From positions 5,022,001 to 5,086,000 of the forward strand of contig NW_027270964.1 of assembly GCF_040938485.1 (NCBI RefSeq): a stretch of 64,000 bases of DNA, written 5' to 3'. The position numbers were made by a program, and so were the translations under genes. The stretch's first letter is position 1. Each line of letters opens with the position of its first letter. Source of the DNA: Diadema antillarum. Lineage: Eukaryota. Of this stretch, positions 14,580 to 25,615 are shown one piece after another. The notes under the pieces were generated by a model. The model worked only from the letters and a program-made list of their open reading frames with translations. It was not told the DNA's origin and ran no database searches.

Positions 14580-15609
14580 TTATTACATCCGCCAAGGGAG
14601 GAGGTTATGTTTTCATTACCGTTGATTTGTTCGTTCGTTCGTTCGGGACGTTCGTTCGTTCGTTTGTCCGTGTGCAAAATAACTCAAAAAGTAGTGAACG
14701 GATTTAGATGAAACTTGCAGGAAAGGTTTAGAATGATACAAGTAACAAACGAACAACTTTTGGTAGTGATCCGAGAATTTTGGGGGAATTTATGAAGGAT
14801 TTTCGATATTTTGGCAGGTAGGGACGGCGAGCGTCCACACGTACCAAATTAGCGGGATGGCGATCGCGATCGGTATCCCGCTAATTTGGCGAGCGTCCAC
14901 ACGTACCGAATTATCCCGCTAATTGCCGATAGAGACAACAACAAAGCCTGCAAACTGGGTCACACAGCGCCCTTCTCTATCACTGCTTGCGCGCACTTAC
15001 CTTTGTCTATTGTCTTTTACGCGTCAGTGGTGTGGTTCGCGCGCTGTTGTTGTTGTGCTCCAAAGAGGTGAAGGACCTCTTCGCAGAGGCCTCGCTGTTG
15101 TGATGTGCGCATTGCATGATGGGATGTAAAAACTCGAGATTGTAATCCCGACCGTTCACACGTACCAGCGCGCGGCCAATTATCCCGCTAATTGACGAAC
15201 CAGCGCAAGATTTCTTGGGATTAGCATCGCGATGCTTATCCCGCTAATTTTCGGGTTTTTTCTGTCCACACGTGCAAAAAACTCGGGATGACGATCGCGA
15301 TGCAAATCTCGAGATTTGTATCCCGAATGAACTTGGGGGTTCAGGCTGCGCGTATTTGAGGTTTGCATGCGCGCAATAAAGTGCGTGCTCTAGTTTCTGC
15401 TAGGGCGAGGCTCGCTGTGCAGCTGAGGGTTTATGACGTAACAAAGGCTTCTATATTGGGAAATCGGGCGACTTTTCATGCACACAATGTTATAAGTAAT
15501 ATAGGGCCTATGGATGGAAATCACTGATATCTCTATGGAAGAACAAGATCAGTGGTAGAAATGAGCTGCATGCTTGGCGGAGGTCTGCGCTCTCAGAGTG
15601 CTTTTCTAG
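14580..15609 (+). mobile_element. Helentron/DINE-1-like (HINE) non-autonomous element with a nested insertion
   Basis: Subterminal IR CCGCCAAG (14589) / CTTGGCGG (15573), (GTTC)n microsatellite, 3' hairpin GCGCTCTcAGAGTGC (15587-15601), then TTTTCTAG. Confidence 0.7.
14826..15330. repeat. Nested element with repeated CCACACGT and ATCCCGCTAATT motifs and hairpins (Harbinger-like subterminal array)
   Basis: Direct repeat GGCGAGCGTCCACACGTACC at 14826 and 14888 enclosing the palindrome AAATTAGCGGGAT..ATCCCGCTAATTT; the same motifs recur at 15150-15330. Confidence 0.6.
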
Positions 15610-18413
15610 TTGTCAAAGTTAAGTTGCACTGTTACTACTAGTATACTTGCATGTAATTGTTGTCCATCACCTGTTACCTGTAATATCATAAATACATGTA
15701 CTTTATCTTTTACAGGTGATTAAAACACCCTTCAATTCATCTCTGAGCGAAACATTCATTTCTTCCCATACAATCCACGATTACACCAGGCCAGGGTATC
15801 GGTTATGTCTGACAATCCGTTCATTCAGTTGGGCTTATGATCAGTTTGACAAGGACAGCTTTCTAAATTTGTTTACAAGATGTTAAAGGAAATGTATAAA
15901 TGAAATAATCCAAGCCATTAACAACAGTAACCCTGTAATCTAGGCCATTTTAACGAGTCGAAAAAAATGGTGGCCGTCAATACATAAACGATACGAGAAA
16001 AACAAAGTTCGAGCGTTCGATTCTCGCAGCTGCAGCCGTCCGAACACCAACGACATGCGGAAAGCATCATTGCCCTCGATTTTCTCAACCTTTTCAGACG
16101 TTGATGTTCGTGAAATCTCTTTGTCATATCTTTTACAAAAGTGACAGAAGGACGTCCTTCCGCTGTTCCAGTTCACCAGGAATAAATGATGACAGTAAAA
16201 AAAAATAAGAAAAAAATCGCAGACACTTTCTCGGCATTATTATGATGATTTACAAATTCCATTTGCCGGAAGTCGGCCGAAATGCGATTTGCCAATTTGA
16301 GGATTCGATGTGTCTCCCTGTCTCCCCGGTGCGGATGTGTTTTATTACGAGGAGAAATCCGCTATTTTGTTGACACTCGACGGCTCACCAGCAAAATGTT
16401 TTCGGTCAATGTTGCATTATTTTTGACTTACAGCCAGACTTCATTATGTCATGCAGCCTTCCAGCCGATTTCGGCATTAAGTAACTTATCCTGTTATGCA
16501 GCAGTATGACCGCGGAGTTATTCCGTTATGTATATACACATGCCTGTTATATTTTAGATCTTCTATTTAACAATGCAAGGCAGGCGATAGCTATTAAATT
16601 CATAACACTCTAGGCTTTGGACGCTGAATCACCAGCAAACTAGGATAAAAATAGATAGTAATTGCTGTATGATTTTGACTTTGCTAAAGTCGATTTAAAT
16701 CAATTACTTTCCTTGCACTTTCGTTCCACTAGACTTGACCCTTCTCCGGCAGAGTAGATATCACTAAATTCATTTGTTTCAACTGTAGGATGTCTTCATG
16801 CCGCTTTCCAGAGATCAAGGAGTTAAACTTCTTGTAGAGATTAAACAGTGTGTCTGGTAACTCCTTGGGTATACCAAGGAGTGGTAACTCCTTGGGTTTC
16901 CCCAAGTGGTGTTATGTATCACGTCTGATTATAAGACTTGTAAAAGACAAGACTACAAGCGACGTGTACTTAGCGTGGGTCGTTTGCTTCTTTGACAGCA
17001 GTGTTTGTAGTATTCCATGGATAAACAAATGCTGTCAAATTTGAAAGTTTATGATACGTTTTTTTTCGCACTTTTGCCAAGTAGTCGACGATTCATGCAT
17101 CATGCGGTCAACCCATATTCGCGATAAATGTAAACAGAAAGGATACCGTGCATCATGCTAGATTTGCAACAGATTCACAGTTCATAATACAGTTTATCAT
17201 TGGTGCTATGCAAGATAGCGTAAGTACGGTCAACGAGGTAAATAACTCTTTCCCAGTGATTACTATCGCTGTAATTTCACATTTTGATCAACATACAGTG
17301 AATCGAAATGGCTATTCTTTCGTCGGAAATGATGAATGGATGCCTATATACATGTATCTTTGTGAGAGCTTTTCAAAGAATGGGACAAGATTGATTTTTG
17401 AACTCACTCCCACACAATATACAAGTCAAGGAATATGAAATTGAGAGCACATGTATGGTGGCACGTAAACACTCACCAAAAGTAGTAGGATGCGATGAGA
17501 AAAAAAAAGAGGTCTTTATAAAACATTCGTGCGAAGAAAATCATTGAACTGTGGGAACATTATTAACCAGGTGTTAATGTAATCATGTACGCCTAAATCA
17601 ATTTCGAAACACTTTACTACAAACTCTAGTAGTCACTGGAGTTAGAGCCACCATAATTTTGCGAAATGTTTTCCTAGATTTTTTTTTTTCTCCCATATTT
17701 GAAAGGGCAAGAGGAAGTTCCAAACTTTGCCGGTTTAGTCAGAGCCGAAAATAGGCCCAGGAGGATAAAAGGCATTTGTCGTAAAGGTCTCCCCGTGGCT
17801 TGAGAGATTTGCTGTGACGCGGGCAAAGAAGTGGGTTTTAGCAGACCTCCCTGGTTTTAGGGAATCTGTAGGAGTGTTGAAGGGGGACTCAGGAGGAGAA
17901 TTGAAAATCCCTGTAAATATAAGGAAAGTAAAGACATATATTTTGTCGCAATGTTTCCACAGTGCCTCATATAGAGCGATCATCGCATGAAAAGACAATA
18001 CGGTAATCCACTCACAATAGAAAAAAAAAGTTTTGCTTACCCATCATTTATTGCATGAAACCACTACACTGCAGAGCACGTAGGGAATCTCAGCCACCAT
18101 CCCCCCCCCCCCCCCCCCCGCTTCTTGGTTGAGAAGGTTTGATTTGAAGACCAGCTACATTACTAGTGTGCACTATCTTGACTTTAGGCCGACTTGAAAA
18201 TGCATTGTGAAGATGATGTGCCTAAAAGTCGAAACATTTGAGCTCTTTTTTTTCTCCATGTGTGTGTGTGTGTTTTACGATAGCAGCCAACGACTGTATG
18301 ATGGGGCCTCGAATTAAAGAAGAATTCTACTCCAAGATATATTATTATCATCAATTTTATAAGAAAGAGAAAAATCCCTGCAGAACAGTGCAAATAATGA
18401 TGATCGAAATCGG

Positions 18414-18850
18414 ATAAGAAAAAAGGGAAGTTATGACATTCTGGAATAAAAGTTTTTCAAAAAACACTTCTTGATCAATGCAGTTATCATGAATATTCAA
18501 ATTAGCAAGGTGGTGTTGTCATGCTCTTACAATTTCTTACAGAATATACAGAAATGACATAGAATCTCATATCTCAGCTGTATAAAAGTAAAACTTGCCT
18601 TAAAAACACCCAAAATAAAAGTGACAAATGTGACCTCTGACATATTTTGGTATTTGAATATGCTTTCACCTGTATTAGCCAGAAATATTTTTTTTTCGAA
18701 TATATAACATACATAAAAAATACTAATATTATTGTGAGGGCATGACATCATCAATTCAGTCATTTGAATATTCATATATAAGGATTGGTCAAGAAATGTT
18801 TTCCGAAAAAAGAGAACTTTCATAACGTCATATCTTCCTTATTTCTTACA
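18414..18850. mobile_element. MITE with long (about 120 bp) imperfect inverted arms
   Basis: GAATATTCAAAT / ATTTGAATATTC, GTCATGCTCTTACAAT / ATTGTGAGGGCATGAC and GGAAGTTATGAC / GTCATATCTTCC are inverted pairs. Confidence 0.75.
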
Positions 18851-19319
18851 CAATTTTCCTCCTTTTTGGAACGTTCTGTAGGGACTTTTCTCTCTTTTTG
18901 GACTTACTATTTCAGGGTGGATTTCCTCTTCAAGTAAACTTTAAGTGACCTATCGTACATCTTGGCATGTCAAAAGGTGATATCTACCGTACAAGTATCC
19001 CCTAACAAGGCATATAGAAAACTTTGAGTGGTTCTAATTGAATCAGGGACAACAATGGCAGCAACTTGAAATCTTGGGAAGATAATCTGCTGTTTCCACT
19101 GTAGTTACAAATATGTTGATAATGAGAAGTCCTGGTAAGCATTTTTTTTTTTTAATTTAAATCACGTAACATTCAGCACTTTATACCTATGTGTTCCACC
19201 ACGCCATACAAATTCTTCCATCTCTTGAAGTATACCTTAAGTTTGCAGAAGTTTCGCCCCTAAAGAAGACCCGAGTGAAATACTGTGCTTGTATACAGGC
19301 GTGGGGTGGGCTGGGTTAA

Positions 19320-19712
19320 GGGGATGGTATAGTTTCAGTTGAGATGGGGCTTCAGGTTTTCAACGTTTTTTATGATAATTTTATTTTGAGATAATGAGAA
19401 ATCTCTTATGAGAAATGTAAGAGCATATCATTCTAAGAAAAATTTAAAATTCATTCGATGAAAATTGTTTTGAAATGGCCGAGATATCCAAAACAATGCA
19501 ATCCTAATAAAAGGTGGGACCCACCTTTTAAGATCGCTTTGCTTTACTTTGTTTTTGGATATCTGAGCCTTTTCAAAACTGATTTTTCTTCAAGTGAACT
19601 TTGAATTCATTTTAGAATTGTAAGCTCTTTAACATTTCATAAAGCGATTTCCAAGTATCTTGCAAAAAGTTAAAGGCTAAATCCTTACCTAAACCAATAC
19701 TATATCATCGCT
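19320..19712. mobile_element. Kolobok-like MITE, TTAA TSD (copy 1)
   Basis: TTAA|GGGGATGGTATAGT ... ACTATATCATCGCT|TTAA; central palindrome AAAAGGTGGGACCCACCTTTT. Confidence 0.85.
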
Positions 19713-20838
19713 TTAAAGCTCTGGGAGGTGGAACCGCGCTCTATCATCTTTGGTGGAACGACTTAGCGGTGAATCTTCTCTGTCAACGTGCTTTGTTCTG
19801 ACGGACTGTTTGGGTAATCCTTTTCCAGGCTGACATATTATTTTGTCCCGACTGAAGTACACCTGTTTAGTGTGAAACCAAATTCAGATGATACCGAGGT
19901 TTATTCTTACGCAAGTACACTTCTAGGAAGGTTTTCCTGACGAGCCATATCAAGTTAGTATTTGGCAAGCGTTGATGAACATGATCTATTGCCAGCACAG
20001 TCATCGGTTTGGCATCGCGTAATCTGTATCAACTTTATGCTTGTTTGTCCAAACTTATAATTACACAGTCACATCTACATGTATTTGTCCCATCAACGGA
20101 TATGTTGTCCACTAATGGATCATAACAGATCGTTGTAAGAAACGTCTTTGTGGACCAACAATTCTGAAAACTTGTTAGCAGTGGAAATTGGGGAAAAAAT
20201 GTTTTGTACAAAATCATGTGACAAAGCCTTCTAGTTATAATGTCAATTATATTTGCATATCACAAGGAATCATTTCCTGTAAACACGTAACAAGTGAATC
20301 ATTAAAGTTTCTACCTTCTGTACAGCAAAGTTTTATGTTGTGAAAAGTTTATGCTGCGCATAGAAGAGAAAGCGATGGCACTGACAGAAATTTGAGTATC
20401 AGCCTGGAGCCACGACCACTCTCCAAATCAAACACATTGTACATGTGGTGGCAATGATGCAAGAAAATTGATGCAGTGGCCACCCGTCCTGTTCTACTTT
20501 CTCATACTCCCATTCGTATAGTTTGAATCTTTTGCCAAAACAAAGAATGAATCATACAATCGGATAAAGGATATAGCATCATATCTAGCTACAGTTGATC
20601 AAACAAACGAAAAGTGAACATCAAACGTCTACGGAATGATCGAATTCCTGTTGACTCGCTGCTCTAAACGTAGTTTGAACAAAGCACGCTGCATGGCAGA
20701 GAAGACTCACCGACATTATGATCAAGTGTTTGGTGTTTAAATCTAATTTGTAAGTTAAACTGCAACATTTTTGTTTCATTAACTAGGTCAAGATAACAAA
20801 TTACCTTTATTCTCTTGTTGTTACATTACAAGTGTCCA

Positions 20839-20916
<78 letters not shown>

Positions 20917-20920
20917 CATT
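20839..20920. repeat. (ATT)n microsatellite
   Basis: More than 20 perfect units. Confidence 0.97.
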
Positions 20921-21064
20921 ACTCTGTTCTCGTTTTATTTCTCTAGCTGAATGTATCAGTTATACTATATTTACACAAGAGGTGTCATAATCGCCTTTCT
21001 GACCCCAGAACTTGTGGAGAAGCTGGTAATTGTAAGTTTATGTAACTATGTTGTGTTGACATGG

Positions 21065-21390
21065 AAACAATAACCATGATGATGACAATGATGATGATAA
21101 TGACGATGATGAGATGATATTATGATATGATGATGTTATCATCACTGTCATTATCACTATCATCAATAATAATAATAATGACAATAATAAAAATAACAAA
21201 TTTACAATGATAATTATAACAATAATATTGATGATGATAATAATAATAATGTGACGATGATGATGATAATAATAATGAAATATAATAACAATTATCATTA
21301 TTAAGATCATTATCATTATCATCATTACTATGATCATCATCATCATCATCACCATTGTACTGATGATAGCGATAATGATAGTGGTATAGC
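21065..21390. repeat. (GAT/AAT/CAT)n compound low-complexity tract
   Basis: Direct reading; explains ORFs 21038 and 21120. Confidence 0.92.
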
Positions 21391-24300
21391 AATATGAATG
21401 TTATTTACCCGTCAAACAAGGCATAATACGAATGTGATTTGATCGCGGAGTAACGTGTAATGAAAACGTCTGTCATTACAACAAGTGCGTGGAATCAGGC
21501 CGATTTGTATTTCTCTTCCGTTATACTTCCGATGTTTTCTCTCTCACACGATATGTCATTCGGAGATACTTTGATGTGGTAAGACTGGAGAGGGAAGGAG
21601 GAGAGGATGACAGTCTGATACCCAGCGTCAGTTGGTTGAGCGCTCAGCAAGCCATCCGTGGAAGAAAGGCGAGAGACCGTCGAGTATCGATGCCGCGACG
21701 GCAGGATGCGCAGATTGGCCCCAAATCGACAGGAAATCCGTCGTTTTGTGGATTTCGACAGCGTTGATCATTGCCCTCAAGATTCGCCGTCACAGTGTGC
21801 AAAAAATCAAATATTGGAAGGAGCAAACAGCGGTGATTGGTCATCGCTTGTTACTCGAGCTAATGGAAAATGCCCATTCTGGGGCGATTAATATCGATTG
21901 AAGTGCACACTTCCTCTCGTCATGTTTTGTGCGGTCACTTGCCGTGGCTGAAACAGGTTATACATCGTAATAATTCGTGATAGCAAAGGGAATACGTATA
22001 TATAAAATGAAATACATTAAATTGAATCTAGATGAATAAAGGGAAATTACGGTGTGAAGGTAAATCAAATTATCCCATTTTTGACGCAGCACGAGATCTA
22101 CTGGAGAAGTTGTCATGGACTTTCTTAGACTTCATTTGACTTGTTACCGTTAGAGCAGCGCCTATGAAGTTTAAGAGAAAAATTTTATTTTCGTCACTGC
22201 CAAACGACAGTGGCATCCTGAAGAGCATCTTATTAGCACTCGACCAGCCTCCTTCGAATGAAGATAATCGAAACTTTTGATGGTTTGAGGATGTCGTTTA
22301 TTACTTTTTTCAGTTGAGAGAGAAAGGGCATGATTGAAAGCAAAATGCCCGTCGGGAAGGTCAAAAGGAATTTTCAATCTCTCGACACTTTCAACGGTCA
22401 CTGTCAAACTATTGACCATGAAGTTGACCGTGAAGTACACTAAGTGTGTCCTCAGAAAGGAGTGAATCCGTGCAAAGCTGTCAGCGCAAATTGCTGCAGC
22501 CGTGGCAGAGGAAGATTTATAATGTGACATTTCCTTTCTATCCAAATTACCTTTTTTTTTTCATGAATCAAACTGAGTTTTCAACTTCCAGAAGGTGATT
22601 CTACATTCCCGTATTTTCTTTGTGTTCACCCTAGGGGCAGGATTTAGACAATGACGTCGTATTAGTGGATGTCAGTGAAAAAATACGAATTACTTTTGCA
22701 GATGAATGAGAAAGGTTATGTAATTACCGATTATTCTATCACATATCTCAGCGCAAATATGGTAATAGTCACAATGTATTATTGTCGTTACCCCTCTAGT
22801 TTTCTTCTTATCAAGTATTATGTTGGCAATCTCGTGTGCAAGATTTATTCCTCTTTATATCTATTTCCTCTATGTCTATATGTCTTTGAGTTTAGCAGTT
22901 TCAGCCGTAAAGATAACAAAGTGACAATGGTATATTTAGATTGAAATTAGAGGCTGACGTCATTCTTTCTGATCTTTACTCTCATTTGTCTCGTAATACT
23001 AGTCTTACCATACAGATTGACAGATTGTATAGGCAATATGAACGGCGAGTATTCCTTATCACAGCCAATTTAATCATCTTGTTAAAGTACACACCAGGAA
23101 AATCGTCCGCAGTTGACATGTCAATAGAAGAGATAGATTTTAAATGTCTTCTTTCTTTATTGAATGGAAATCAAAAGTAAATAGACTCAGAGACAGTAGT
23201 AAGAAAATGAGACAGCGGCTCTTTGTTCGAGTATACATGTCATGTGTAATAGTAGCTTCCCTTTTGAACAATAAAACTGCTTTTCAAAATGCCGCCAGAA
23301 CGGAGCTTCGAACTTGATACTTTCTGCGAGGTCATTGCCAAGTGACTCTCAGAAAAATTCGTTACAGTCTGAAAATCGATGACGTCTTCTTCTATTGCAA
23401 TTCGCAGCCTTGAGCTCTGGTGATGTGTTTGAAGCATTTGAGCTTTCTCTGCGATTTTCGCGAAGTGTATAGGACGGTAGTTAAAGGTGAAAACTGGTCA
23501 TTTGGCTCAAGAATTACTGGTTACTCGACCCGGTCAATTGTTGATGAGAATAGTAGGTGGTCACTGATGAGGACAACACGCAGTATTCTGTACAGGTGTA
23601 TTCTTATAGATATCTATCTTTAGTATGGTAATCGTCTTATTTAGTAACAGCAAATCGCGCAATGAACCTCCATGACATAATTATCTGTCTTCAAGCAAAG
23701 TCACTACTTGCTAGCATTCACCACAAAGGCGTGATAAGGTCGTAGACTTTTCTATTAATGTACACTTTGTCCCCACTTTATTATTTATGGGGAAAATTCA
23801 CTACAGAAACAGTAAGAAAACCAACCAAGAGATACAATACAGTTTAAAGAAATTGACTTGAAGTTAAAGTGACGAGGCTTGACATCTAAACACAATGAGG
23901 CAAATCATGATACGATTGAAAGTTAGTAACATGCTGCATGAAAAACGAAATGAATTGACAACCAAACATTCTTAACTTAAAAAACTCTGACATGAGTTAG
24001 CTCATTACATATTAACATTTCACTCTTTGAACAGCTGAACAGATGTCAAAGTCCTCGTCGTTGAAGCAATTCTCCTTTTTTGAAGTTGCCTTTGTTTTCA
24101 TGTTTGCGACTCATTTGCGTGGCATGATAATGGGTCACAATCTAATACAATCACAATTTCTGTTCAGTGGTGCTTCACCATGAATCATTTCAGCTGTGTG
24201 ATGCTTGAATCGTATCCTGATGGTCCAGGAGGATGGATTTTAGCTTCTGATTTATTAATTCACTAGCGATAATCTCTTAGGATACCGACATTGTCCATCC

Positions 24301-24559
24301 ATGTAACCAGTCACTGAACTCCGCCCTATATGATCTCTTCCTTCTCGGATTAGAGGTATTGACCCTAACATAATTAGGCACCGACGCAGGTCAGAATTGG
24401 GTGCTATAGGGGCAAAGTGGCAAAGTGGCCAGTAATTATATTATGTTGTAATACTAGAATAACGATGAAGTTATACGTAGCTCCATAGAATAACCATGGA
24501 ACTACATCATATGTGTTGTACGTCCAGGAAAAAAAAAAACTTAGTGGTGCGTATGTGGA

Positions 24560-24810
24560 TATCCACACAGGGTGATGGGGATGTGCGATATAGGGGATTT
24601 GGCAACAATTGCCAATGTCATGAGAACACTGTCCCGAAGTGTAAAAGGAGTGGATTCAGGGTTTGAACCGCAGCTTCCTTTCTTGAACAAGATCATGTGT
24701 TGCCCACAGTATCCCTCTTAAGGCAGGTGTATAAATAGGTACCCGACAACTCTTGGGTGATCATATCAATTACCATGATGTCTGTCTGGTAAGAGGCTAA
24801 TACCCTGGGC
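24560..24810 (+). mobile_element. Degenerate SINE with conserved core
   Basis: GGGTTTGAACC B-box-like motif followed by CTTGAACAAG...CAGGTGTATAAATAGGTACC, related to the core of the 44190-44430 SINE. Confidence 0.5.
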
Positions 24811-25159
24811 GAATAAGACCATTATCATTGTAATTATTGTTATCATAACTGTCATTCGGGAAACTGAGTGGGTTGCTTTTCCTTGACGAGACACTGGTCC
24901 AGCACGATTCGTGCAGACTTCATACCACCACACCTTCAAAACGACTGGTCTGATGGCGTTGTAACCTGCCGTTTCTTTCGTCATTACGTCTGCGTCACGT
25001 CTTTTTGACAGCCTTAACTCTCTCAAGTCTACCGACATAAGTATTGTGTGGGGTGACAATGGTATTTGGCAGTAGCGGTCCTGAAATGGGTACCAGGAAA
25101 AGAAAGCGTATAGTCGTGCCCTTTTTGTCTAGTCTTGGGTTACCTATGAGTGCCATCTG

Positions 25160-25335
25160 GGGGGCGTTTCATCAACGAGTTCGTCGGGGGTTTTCACCGA
25201 CGAATTTGCTATCAGCCAATCAGACGCAAGGATTTACACTGACAACTGTTAAAAGCTAATGAAATCCTTGGTCTGATTGGCTGATAGCAAATTCGTCGGT
25301 GAAAACTCCGACGAACTCGTTGATGAAACGCCCCC
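25160..25335. mobile_element. PIF/Harbinger-type palindromic MITE, TSD CTG
   Basis: Near-perfect 176-bp palindrome, CTG|GGGGGCGTTTCATCAACG ... CGTTGATGAAACGCCCCC|CTG. Confidence 0.9.
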
Positions 25336-25534
25336 CTGGTCTTCATGTATGATTCAAGTCAGATGAAGTGAAAATCATTGCTTGACAAATTGCCTTTCAT
25401 CGACGTAAAAAAAAAAAACCCGGATTATTTGGTGTTTTTGAGTAATAGGCATAATAAAAAACATGGGAATGCAAACTCGATGCAAGAATCATTAATTTGA
25501 ACAAATTGTAAGCGGTACCTGGTTGGGCTCGGTT

Positions 25535-25615
25535 GGGAGCACGGTATAGTAAAGTCTAGTGGATATGACGCCCGTCTATCAATCAGGAGGTCTTGGGTTC
25601 CAATCCAACCTGCAT
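25535..25615 (+). mobile_element. tRNA-derived SINE head
   Basis: AGTGGATATGACGCCCGTCTATCAATCAGGAGGTCTTGGGTTCCAATCC; same family as 36780-36850. Confidence 0.65.

Noticed and set aside
14826-15330. Repeat-spacer-like arrangement superficially resembling a CRISPR array
   Set aside because: Eukaryotic context, irregular spacing, non-unique palindromic spacers and no cas genes; better explained as transposon subterminal repeats.
21038-21392. Ile/Met/Asp/His-rich ORFs (also 1241, 6852, 12887, 25559, 51527)
   Set aside because: Translations of microsatellites and low-complexity tracts.
16066-21778. Shared 12-mer ATCATTGCCCTC between two CpG-rich patches
   Set aside because: Many 12-mer matches are expected by chance in 64 kb, and the similarity does not extend.
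21490-21960. GC-rich patch with several overlapping short ORFs and CCAAT boxes
   Set aside because: No recognisable protein or splice framework; it may be regulatory, but I cannot support a call.
23140-23238. Minus-strand MYTRTKSRCLIFLLLSLSLFTFDFHSIKKEDI, signal-peptide-like
   Set aside because: Stops after 32 aa with no convincing donor; plausible by chance in T-rich DNA.
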